Shown here: piece by piece, positions 27,136-35,770 of the stretch | Numbering within the stretch: the first letter of the stretch is position 1 | Layout: the number at the start of each line of letters is the position of its first letter | Source of the DNA: an uncultured Actinomycetota bacterium | Lineage (GTDB): Bacteria > Actinomycetota > Actinomycetes > JACCUZ01 | DNA: 64,000 nt | Assembly: GCA_963751035.1 (NCBI GenBank) | Contig: CAVVSW010000004.1 | Coordinates: 3,142 to 67,141 of the forward strand | Direction of reading: 5' to 3' | Translations under genes and position numbers: made by a program | The notes under the pieces: model-generated | Database searches by the model: none | What the model was told of the DNA's origin: nothing | What the model saw: the letters and a program-made list of their open reading frames with translations, nothing else

Positions 27136-27139
27136 GGAG

Positions 27140-27823
27140 ATGAGCATGACAAGCAACCCCGACGAGATCCGTCGCGACATCGAGCGCACCAGGCGAGAGC
27201 TCAGCACCGACGTCGACCTGCTGACCGAGAAGGTCAGCCCCACCAAGGTCATGGAGCGCCGCGTCGAGCGCGCCCGTGGCGCCGTGAGCAGCGTGAAGGA
27301 GAAGGTCATGGGCAGCGCAACCGACACGAAGAGCGCCCCAGGCGGCGGTCTCGACACCGCACAGGACAAGGTCTCGTCCGCGGCGTCGAGCGTGGCTGAC
27401 ACCGCGTCGTCGGCGCCGCAGTTGGCCCGCCAGAAGGCGCAGGGGAACCCGTTGGCGGCAGGTGTGATCGCGTTCGGGGCCGGCTGGCTCCTGTCGTCGC
27501 TGCTGCCTGCGTCGGAGAAGGAGAAGCAGGCCGCCGCGGCGGTCAAGGACAAGGCCTCCGAGCACTCGGACAAGCTCACCGCCCCGCTGAGCGAAGCCGC
27601 TCAGCAGGCAACGGACAACCTCCGCGAGCCTGCCAAGCAGGCGGTCGAGTCCATCAAGTCCACCGCGACCGATGCTGGATCGACCGTGAAGGGCGAGGCC
27701 GAGTCGGCGACCGAGGATGTCGCGGGCCAGGCCAAGCAGTCCAGGGACGCGGTGGCCGGGCAGGCGGGTGGTAGCAACGGCCCCGGGGGCATCCCCAACG
27801 GGGGCTCGACGTACGGGAGCTAG
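27140..27823 (+). CDS. DUF3618-type membrane protein
   Basis: The N-terminus MTSNPDEIRRDIERTRRELSTDVDLLTEKVSPTKV is the DUF3618 signature. One TM segment (NPLAAGVIAFGAGWLLSSLLP), then a helical A/K/E/Q-rich tail. The start could be ATG 27146. Confidence 0.7.
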   Translation: MSMTSNPDEIRRDIERTRRELSTDVDLLTEKVSPTKVMERRVERARGAVSSVKEKVMGSATDTKSAPGGGLDTAQDKVSSAASSVADTASSAPQLARQKAQGNPLAAGVIAFGAGWLLSSLLPASEKEKQAAAAVKDKASEHSDKLTAPLSEAAQQATDNLREPAKQAVESIKSTATDAGSTVKGEAESATEDVAGQAKQSRDAVAGQAGGSNGPGGIPNGGSTYGS

Positions 27824-27836
27824 CTCCAGCGACTCG

Positions 27837-27884
27837 GGTGGCCGGAGTGCTCTGTGGCGGCGGCCTCAGGGCACTTCGGCCACC
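27837..27884. terminator. 14-bp-stem hairpin between the DUF3618 gene and tRNA-Ser (bidirectional terminator candidate)
   Basis: ggtggccggagtgc (27837-27850) pairs with gcacttcggccacc (27871-27884): 13 Watson-Crick pairs plus one G-U, with a 20-nt loop. It starts 14 nt after the stop at 27821-27823. Confidence 0.5.
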
Positions 27885-27894
27885 GGCTCATCCG

Positions 27895-27988
27895 TGGCGG
27901 AGGCGGAGGGATTTGAACCCTCGATGGGGTTGAAGCCCCAAACCGCATTAGCAGTGCGGCGCCATAGACCGGACTAGGCGACGCCTCC
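27895..27988 (-). tRNA. tRNA-Ser (anticodon GCU), CCA encoded
   Basis: Minus strand: GGAGGCG TC GCC TAGTCCGGTCTAT GGC G CCGCA CTGCTAA TGCGG, long variable arm TTTGGGGCTTCAACCCCATC, GAGGG TTCAAAT CCCTC CGCCTCC G CCA. Confidence 0.9.
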
Positions 27989-28130
27989 CCGCGGCCCGCG
28001 CCGAGCCGGCGGCGACCGCAGGCAAAGGTTACCCGGCGCGCCGATCAGGCGGAAACCGTCACCGGGCACTGCCGGTAAAGGTCAGAATTCGCGTTCTCAG
28101 GTCACCTGGCGGCCCCGCCGATGCCATGGT

Positions 28131-31100
28131 GTGGGAGTGACCGCCGCGCAGGCGACATCCGAGCAACCCGACGCGGCTCCCGCGGGCGGGCCTGCAGCGA
28201 CGCCCTCGGCAGAGGACCTCCGGCGTGTGATCGACGCGCAGCGGCTGCTGGCCTGTGCCCCGACCGATCCCGGGACGATCTTCATCATGCTGGCGGAGAC
28301 CGCTCAGGCGCTGCTCGGCGCCGACGGCGCGCTGACGGCAGAGCTCGCGGGGGACGTCCTGGTCGCCCGCGCCAGCGTTGGAGGCAATGCCCCACCGGCG
28401 GGCACGGAGCTCCCCGTGACCGGCACGCTCGGCGGGCTGGCGGTGACGACCCAGCAGCCGCAGCTGTGCCGCGACGGGTGGGACGACCCCCGGACCGACC
28501 CCGACATCAACCGGCGTACGAGCACCCGCTCCTCGGTCGTGGTCCCGCTCGTCCACGAGGACGCCGCCATCGGCGTGGTCGCGGCGGTCTCGCCGAAGCC
28601 GGACGCCTTCGACGAGAACGACCTCGAGATGCTCAGCATGCTGGCCGAGGTGGCCGCGCACCGGCTCGTGCTGGCGCTGACTCGCCAGGAGGGTGAGCGG
28701 CTCCGGTCCCGGTCGGAGGCCGCGCTCGACGCGATGACCGAGGGGCTGATCGCCCACGACCTCTCGGGTGCCGTCGTGTTCGCCAACGAGAGCGCGCAGC
28801 GCATCCTCGGCATCCAGCTCGACCGCATGCATGGCCGCGGAAGCGCGGAGAACACCTGGCGGGTCGTCCGCGAGGACGGGTCCGAGATCCCGCCGGAACG
28901 CCATCCCACGATGGTGGCCCTGGCCACGGGCGAGCCGCAGCGGGACCAGGTTCTGGGTGTGCACACCACCGACAAGGGGTTGCGGTGGCTGCTCATCAAC
29001 GCCGTACCCACCCGCGACGCCGAGGGTGTGATGACCGGGGTGGTGGGCTCGTTCGCCGACATCACCGAGCAGCGTGCCGTGACCGACGCCCTGCGCGAGA
29101 GCGAGCGGCGCTTGAGTGCGGCGCAGCGGCTGGTGGGCCTGGGCACCTGGCGGGTGAACCTGCACACGAAGGAGATCACCTGGTCGCCGGAGATGTACCA
29201 GGTGTTCGGGCTGGACCCGGAGACCTTCCAGCCCACGACCGAGACACACCGGGCGCTCGTTCACCCCGACGACTACGGCCGGCTCGTGCAGATGGGCGAG
29301 GAGGTGCAGCGGACCCGGCTCCCGCAACAGATGGTGGTGCGCGTCCTGCACGCGGACGGCACCTACCGGATTCACTGGAACCAGTGCGACGTGGCGCTCG
29401 ACGATGCCGGCGAGGTGGAGCACCTGTGGGGGACGGCGCAGGACATCACCGGCCGGGAGCAGTTCGCCGAGGCGCTCGCCGCGAGCGAGCAGCACTTCCG
29501 AGTCGCGTTCGACAACGCGCCGATCGGCATGTCCATGATCGGGCTGGTCGGGGAGACCCGCGGTCAGTACCTCCGCGCGAACGACGCCTTCTGCCGCATG
29601 CTCGGCTACGAGGCGCACGAGATCCCGTTGCTGTCGCTCGCAGCACTGACACATGTCGACGACATCGAGCGCGACACCGAGCTGTTCCACCGGATCCTCG
29701 ACGGCGAGACGCGTTCGGTCGCTTTCGAGAAGAGGTTCCGGCACCGCGACGGGCGGACCGTCTTCGCGTGGCTCACCAGCGCCGTGGCGCAGGACGCCCA
29801 GGGCGAGCCGCTCTACCTGATCTCGCACGCGCTGGACGTCACCGAGCGCCGCAAGGAGCAGGCCGAGCTCGAGCGACTGGCCCTGACCGACACCCTCACC
29901 GGGCTGGCCAACCGCACCCTTCTCAACGACCGGCTCGACCAGGCGCTTGGCGCGACTTCACCGCGAGTCCAGCTGCGCGGCCCTGCTGATGCTCGACGTT
30001 GACCGGTTCAAACTGGTCAACGACTCGCTCGGCCACCAGGTGGGCGACGCCCTGCTCGTGGAGGTGGCCAGCCGGATCGAGGCCGTCACCCGCGCCGACG
30101 CGACGGTCGCGCGACTCGGCGGCGACGAGTTCGTCGTACTCGCTGAGGGGTTGCGCAGCCCGAGCGAGGCGCACGCCGTCGCGGTCCGCCTGCTCAAGGT
30201 CCTCCGCCAGCCCTACGTCCTCTCGCCCGGCGCCGACTCCATCGTCGCGACCGTGAGCATCGGCATCTCCGTCGCCGAGTCGGCTGACCGCACGCCGAAC
30301 GACCTCTACCGCGAGGCCGACCTCGCGCTCTACCGCGCCAAGGACGCCGGCCGCGACCAGTACGCACTCTTCGACGACGCGCTGCGGGCCAAGGCGGTGG
30401 CGCGGCTGGAGTCGGAGGGTCTGTTGCGCCGCGCGGTGACCGAGGACCTGATGGTCCCGCTCTACCAGCCGATCATCGACCTGACGGACGGCCGGATCAT
30501 CGGCATGGAGGTCCTGGCCCGGATCAAGGATCCCGACCGCGGGCTCGTCGTGCCCGAGCACTTCATCGACGTGGCCGAGGAGACGGGGCTCATCGTCGAG
30601 GTCGACGCGCGGATGTTCGAGCTCGCGGTGGGACAGTTCGCCCGATGGTCCGCGACCGAGGGACTGTCGCTGCGCCGGATGTCGGTAAACGTGTCGGCCC
30701 GCTCGCTCGAGGACCCGTCCTTCGTCGACCGGCTGCGCCGGGCCCTTGCGTGGTACGACGTGGCCGGTTCCTCGATCCGGGTCGAGCTGACCGAGCGCAG
30801 CCTGCTGACGACCAACCCGGCTGTCCGCGACTCGTTGCGCCGCATCGCCGACCTCGACATGGCCGTGGGCCTGGACGACTTCGGCACCGGCTACTCCGCG
30901 CTGGCCTACCTGCAGCGGTTCCACCTGCACTTCCTGAAGATCGACCGGTCCTTCGTGAGCCGGCTTGGCCAGAGCGCGCGCGACGACGCGGTCGTCGCGG
31001 CGGTCATCGACCTGGCCCACGCCCATGACCTGCTCGTGATCGCGGAGGGCGTCGAGACGACGGTGCAGCTCGAGCGGCTCCGCTCGATGAGCTGCGACCG

Positions 31101-31179
31101 GGCCCAGGGCTACCTCATGGGCAAGCCGATGGCGCCCGACCTGGTCGAAGCGCTGGTGCGCACCGAACCTCGCTGGTGA
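28131..31179 (+). pseudogene. GAF - 3xPAS - GGDEF - EAL cyclic-di-GMP signalling protein with one frame break at about 29949
   Basis: ORF 28131-30002 carries GAF, PAS and the start of GGDEF (ERLALTDTLTGLANRTLLNDRLDQAL). The continuation ARLHRESSCAALLMLDVDRFKLVNDSLGH...ARLGGDEFVVL is in ORF 29947-31179, which also holds the EAL domain (QPIIDL...GMEVLARI, DDFGTGYSALAYL, LKIDRSF). One extra base in cttGgcg. Confidence 0.8.
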
Positions 31180-31182
31180 GGT

Positions 31183-31845
31183 TCAGGCCCCGGTGGCCTT
31201 GTGCGGTTCCGCGACCGGCTTGGACTCCGACGACCCGCGCTGACGCAGGTAGACCGAGCCACCGACGATGCACGCGACGGCGAGGAACTCGCTCTGCCAG
31301 TTCTGGAACGACTCGAACCAGAACTGGCTGGTCATGACGTACTGCCAGGTGGAGACAGCGGCCTCACCGTGCGCCAGCTGCTCCTCGCTGTAGGCCCTCG
31401 CGCCGCCGACCGCGTGCAGCCAGATCGACAGGAAGAACAGCAGGAAGAAGAACAGCGCCAGCGAGTTCTCGTAGATCTTCAGCACGAGCCCGCCCTTGCG
31501 CACCGGCCACGGCACCGACGTGCGCAGGTCGGCGTCTCGCGGGTCGGCGTCCTGCGGGGCTGTCCCCTCGATCGGCTTGGACTCCGAGGACCCGCGCTGG
31601 AACAGGTACGCCGTGAGCACGACGTACATGCCCATCTGCAGGAACTCGCTCTCCCAGTTCTCGAACACCGCCTCGACGAACGCACCAGTCGACAGGTAGT
31701 GCCAGAACGACACCGTTGCCTGATGGTGCTCGACCTGGTCGGCGTTGTAGGCGCCGGCACCGGCCAGGCTCATCGCGACGAGAAAGATCACGAAGAGCGC
31801 GAGGTTGGTGATCAGGAGTCCGTTGTCCCGCAGGATCTTCCGCAT
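31183..31845 (-). CDS. conserved integral membrane protein with internal duplication
   Basis: Start at ATG 31845 (MRKILRDNG). There are two homologous halves, each with W-x-Y...F-E-x-x-F-x-N-W-x-SEFL...YL-x-QRGSSESKP. The upstream 298 codons of the track ORF are antisense to the aldehyde dehydrogenase and were not used. Confidence 0.75.
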   Translation of the reverse strand: MRKILRDNGLLITNLALFVIFLVAMSLAGAGAYNADQVEHHQATVSFWHYLSTGAFVEAVFENWESEFLQMGMYVVLTAYLFQRGSSESKPIEGTAPQDADPRDADLRTSVPWPVRKGGLVLKIYENSLALFFFLLFFLSIWLHAVGGARAYSEEQLAHGEAAVSTWQYVMTSQFWFESFQNWQSEFLAVACIVGGSVYLRQRGSSESKPVAEPHKATGA

Positions 31846-31902
31846 GTTGATCAAAATTCCCGGCAAGGACGCCTTCAACCGTGGCGGGCTACGGTGAGAC
31901 CC

Positions 31903-33412
31903 ATGCCGACGATCACCTCCCGCAACCCGGCAGACCTGTCCGATCTCGTCACCGAGGTCGAGGGCGCCGATGTCACCGCCTTCACGGCCACGTGCCGCAC
32001 CGCGCGTGGTGCGCAGCCGGCCTGGGCCGCTGTGCCGGCACCGCTGCGCGGCCGGGTCATCGCCCAGGTTGGTCGCCTGGTGGAGGCCAACAAGGAGGCG
32101 CTCGCGGCCTTGGTGACCCGCGAGATCGGCAAGCCCTACGCCGAGGCGCTGGGCGAGGTCCAGGAGATCGTCGACACCTGCGACTTCTTCCTCGGCGAGG
32201 GCCGGCGGCTCTACGGGCAGACGGTCCCGAGCGAGATGCCCGACAAGCAGCTGTTCACGTTCCGTACGCCGGTCGGCGTCGCCGCCGTCATCACCGCCGC
32301 GAACTTCCCGGCCGCGGTGCCGTCCTGGTACATCGTGCCCGGCGCTGCTGTGTGGCAACGCGGTCGTGTGGAAGCCGTCGGAGTCGGCCCCCGCCGTCGC
32401 CGGAGCCCTCGCGGAGCTGTTCTGGCACGGCGGCATGCCCCGCGACGTCCTGCAGGTGGTGCACGCCGACGGGCCGGCGGCCTTCGACGGCATCTCCGCG
32501 GCCCTCGACGACGGCCTGGTCGACAAGATCGGGTTCACCGGCTCGACCGCGGTGGGGCGGCGCATCGGGGAGCTCACGGGGCGCCATCTGCAGTCCGCCT
32601 GCCTCGAACTCGGCGGCAAGAACCCGTTGGTGGTCGCCGCGGACGCCGACGTCGACCTCGCGGTCGAGGGCGCACTGTTCAGCGGGTTCGGGTCGGCCGG
32701 GCAACGCTGCACGTCGCTCGGCACGGCGTTCGTGCACACCAGCGTCTACGACGCGTTCGTGCAGAAGCTCGCCGCGGCCGTCGCGGCCGCTCCCGTCGGC
32801 GACCCCACCAAGGACGTGCTCTACGGCCCGCTCATCAACGAGAGCTACCTGACCAACTTCGCCAAGTGGCTCGACATGATCCAGGCCCACCACTCCGTGC
32901 ACGGCTCCACCGGCACCGGCCGGATCACCGCCGCCAACCCGCGGGAGGGGTTCGTCGGTGACCCGGAGCCGGGTCTGTACGTCCATCCGACGGTGGTCGC
33001 AGGCATCCGCGCCGACGACGCGCTCTACGCCCAGGAGACGTTCGGCCCGTTGGTCGGCGTCGGGGCATGGGACACGTTCGACGAGGCCATCGACCTGGCG
33101 AACGGGCACGGCTACGGGCTGTCCGCGGCGATCTACACGAGGGACGCGACGACCGCGTTCCGGTTCCGGGAGCGCTGCTCGGCCGGGATGATCAGCATCA
33201 ACAACTCGACGTCCGGCGCGGAGGCGCACCTGCCGTTCGGCGGCAACGGGCTGTCCGGCAACGGCTCACGACAGTCGGGGATGTGGGTGCTCGAGCAGTT
33301 CACCCGGTGGCAGTCGATGAACTGGGACTACGCCGGGACCCTGCAGAAGGCCCAGATGGACAACCTGGGCATGCTCACCGACCTCGCCTCCGACCCCGCC
33401 TTCCGCCTCTAG
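31903..33412 (+). pseudogene. NAD(P)-dependent aldehyde dehydrogenase with one frame break at about 32341
   Basis: f1: MPTITSRNPADLSDLV...FTFRTPVGVAAVITAANFPAAVPSWYIVP. f2: ALLCGNAVVWKPSESAP...IGFTGSTAVGRRI...LELGGKNPLVV (catalytic Glu context)...GSAGQRCTS (catalytic Cys)...QETFGPL...PFGGNGLSGNG. There is one extra base between cccG and gcgctgctg. Confidence 0.8.
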
Positions 33413-34758
33413 CGGAGGACGCGGGGGTCGGTGGCCCGCATGGTCGTGGACACGTTGTGCTGGTTGAAGCCCTTGAACCCACCGCGCCGCGCAAGGTTCT
33501 CCAGGTGTGAGCCGGCAGCGCCCTTGACGGCGAACTCCTCGGCGCGATCGGCGTCGAGGCGCCCCGCGGCAACAAGCGCGTCGAGGCGCGCCCGGTCGAC
33601 GGGCCAGCGCTCGGCGACCGTGAACGCCTGCCGCAGGTGCGGGAAGTCCGAGAACGGCGCCATGTGCGCGATCCCTCGGCCGGCGAGGTCCTCCCGCAGC
33701 CGGTCGAAGTCGAACTGGCCCTCCAGGTGGTGCATGCCGGCCGCGAGGAGCGACTCGCCGTGCAGAGCGCACCAGAGCCCGACCGTGCCCAGCTGCGAGG
33801 TCTCGGTCAGGTCGGCCTGCGCGAAGTCGACGTCGACCTCGGCCGGTTCCAGGTCGACGTCGGCGAAGACGACCAGCCCGGCACCGGCGTGTTCGAGCAC
33901 CTGCGCTCCCCAGCCCGCCTCGGCGCCGGCGTGGAAGCGCTCGCGCAGCCGGAATCCCAATGCCTGCAACACATCCAGCAGTGGCCGGAACGCACCGCGA
34001 GAGCTGCGGAACGTGTGGTGGTCGTGGTTGCCCCAGCCGAGACCGAGACGGTCCTGGCGCGCATGCTGCACGACGGCGGCCGTGTTCCGTCGCTGCCAGA
34101 ACGCCCGCTCGATCTCCATCGCGTGCGACGCAGCCAGGTCGGGCCCGACCAGCTCGACCATCTGCGCGGCTCGGGATGCGGCCTCACCCAGACCGTTCGC
34201 CACGTCGTACCCGCGTGGTCTTTCCGCCCAGAGGGCGCGGGCACGTACGGCGGCGGCGAGCCCGGCGTCGGAGGTCTCCTCGGGCGTCACGCCGCAGTCC
34301 CACGACCGCCTTTCGACGCCGGCCAGCCACACCGGTGCGTCCGACCCGGTGACCACGGCCCGCCGCAGGCCGGACAGCGGTGCCCCGTCGACAGCGGCGC
34401 CACCGTGCACTGCCGCGAAGGAGGCCACGTCGTCGACGCGAAGGGCAACGCCGCGGCCGACGCCCGGTACGACGGCCGGCAGCTGGGCGCTCGGGTGCCG
34501 CCAGACGCCGTCGACCGGCGACGTGAAGCCGGCCCCCGTCAGCACCTCGGGTGAGATCGGAGCCGCGATGTGGTCGAGCCAGTCCACCAGCCGGGTGGAC
34601 GTCTCCGCGGACAGCCGCCCGGCCAGCAGACGCGCCTGCGGGCTGGCCTCGATCGCGTCGGCAACGAGGGCGTCAACGAGGGCCTCCGCCTGCGGGTGCG
34701 TGGTCCACTCGAACGTGTCTGAGTCCATGCTCATGACCCCATTCTGGCCCGCCGTCAC
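33409..34758 (-). CDS. conserved hypothetical protein (about 440 aa, cytoplasmic)
   Basis: Long ORF with protein-like composition and His-rich motifs (GNHDHHTFRSS, MHHLEGQFDF). No family confidently recognised. The start may be ATG 34734 or 34728. Confidence 0.55.
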   Translation of the reverse strand: MTAGQNGVMSMDSDTFEWTTHPQAEALVDALVADAIEASPQARLLAGRLSAETSTRLVDWLDHIAAPISPEVLTGAGFTSPVDGVWRHPSAQLPAVVPGVGRGVALRVDDVASFAAVHGGAAVDGAPLSGLRRAVVTGSDAPVWLAGVERRSWDCGVTPEETSDAGLAAAVRARALWAERPRGYDVANGLGEAASRAAQMVELVGPDLAASHAMEIERAFWQRRNTAAVVQHARQDRLGLGWGNHDHHTFRSSRGAFRPLLDVLQALGFRLRERFHAGAEAGWGAQVLEHAGAGLVVFADVDLEPAEVDVDFAQADLTETSQLGTVGLWCALHGESLLAAGMHHLEGQFDFDRLREDLAGRGIAHMAPFSDFPHLRQAFTVAERWPVDRARLDALVAAGRLDADRAEEFAVKGAAGSHLENLARRGGFKGFNQHNVSTTMRATDPRVLR

Positions 34759-34804
34759 CCGGGCGGCGCTGTCCCCGGGGTCCGTTCGCGCCGATCACCT
34801 GAGG

Positions 34805-35770
34805 ATGAGACGACGCATCGTGGCCGCCGCGGTCGCGCTGGCCGCGGCCGTGCCGACCGTGCTGATCGGCACGCCGGCCAACAGCGCGGTGCGATCCGTG
34901 CCCGGCACCCGGTGCGCGACGTTCCCGGCCAACAACTACTGGCATGCCGACATCACCCGCCTGAAGGTGCACCCGCGCAGCGCGGCCTGGAAGTCGCACA
35001 TGTCCCCCACCCGGCGGCTGCACCCCGACTTCGGGCCCTCGGGTGGCGTGCCCTACGGGATCCCGATCACGGTCGTGGCCGGCACCCACCCCAAGGTCCC
35101 GGTGACCTTCACCTACGCCGACGAGAGCGACCGGGTCCGCTACCCGCTCGGGTCGGACAGCAAGATCGAGGGCGGCCCCGCCTCCACCGGCGACCGGCAC
35201 GTGATCATGGTCGACTCCGCGACCTGCCGCCTCTACGAGACGTTCGCGACCCGCAAGTCGGGGACCCGCTGGTACGCCGGCTCGGGCGCCACCTGGGACC
35301 TGGGCAGCAACATGCTCCGCCCCCGCGGGTGGACCTCCGCGGACGCGGCCGGGCTGCCGATCCTGCCCGGGCTGCTCCGGTACGACGAGGTGCGGGCGGG
35401 TCACGTCGACCACGCGATCCGGTTCACCACCAACATCACGGACCGGCGCTTCGTGTGGCCGGCCCGCCACCAGGCCGGCTCGGTCACCAACGCCGACTAC
35501 CCGCCGATGGGAGCGCGGTTCCGGCTCAAGGCGAGCTTCCCGGTCAGCAGCTACCGGGCGGACACCCGCGTCGTCCTGCAGGCCATGAAGAGGCACGGCC
35601 TGGTGCTCGCCGACAACGGCTCGCCGTGGTTCTTCCAGGGCACCCAGGACACCCGGTGGCCGACCGGCCTGCTCGACCAGCTGAAGTCGATCCCCGCGTC
35701 GGCGTTCGAGGCCGTGGACACCGCACCGCTGATGATCAGCCCCGCGAGCGGTCGGGCCCGGGCGCTCTAG
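34805..35770 (+). CDS. secreted conserved hypothetical protein
   Basis: ATG at 34805. Signal peptide MRRRIVAAAVALAAAVPTVLIGTPANSA. Mature region with CATFPANNYWHADI, GDRHVIMVDSATCRLYE, DHAIRFT. Family not recognised. Confidence 0.6.
   Translation: MRRRIVAAAVALAAAVPTVLIGTPANSAVRSVPGTRCATFPANNYWHADITRLKVHPRSAAWKSHMSPTRRLHPDFGPSGGVPYGIPITVVAGTHPKVPVTFTYADESDRVRYPLGSDSKIEGGPASTGDRHVIMVDSATCRLYETFATRKSGTRWYAGSGATWDLGSNMLRPRGWTSADAAGLPILPGLLRYDEVRAGHVDHAIRFTTNITDRRFVWPARHQAGSVTNADYPPMGARFRLKASFPVSSYRADTRVVLQAMKRHGLVLADNGSPWFFQGTQDTRWPTGLLDQLKSIPASAFEAVDTAPLMISPASGRARAL

Noticed and set aside
23386-27988. Genomic island bounded by tRNA-Arg and tRNA-Ser
   Set aside because: The interval carries core genes (pckG, the conserved holin-X/DUF3618 cluster). 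No integrase, recombinase or att-like duplication of the tRNA 3' ends was noticed.
31846-32739. Upstream 298 codons of the 518-aa ORF that ends as the duplicated membrane protein
   Set aside because: This part is antisense to the aldehyde dehydrogenase and Arg/Gly-rich. ATG 31845 gives a coherent 220-aa membrane protein.
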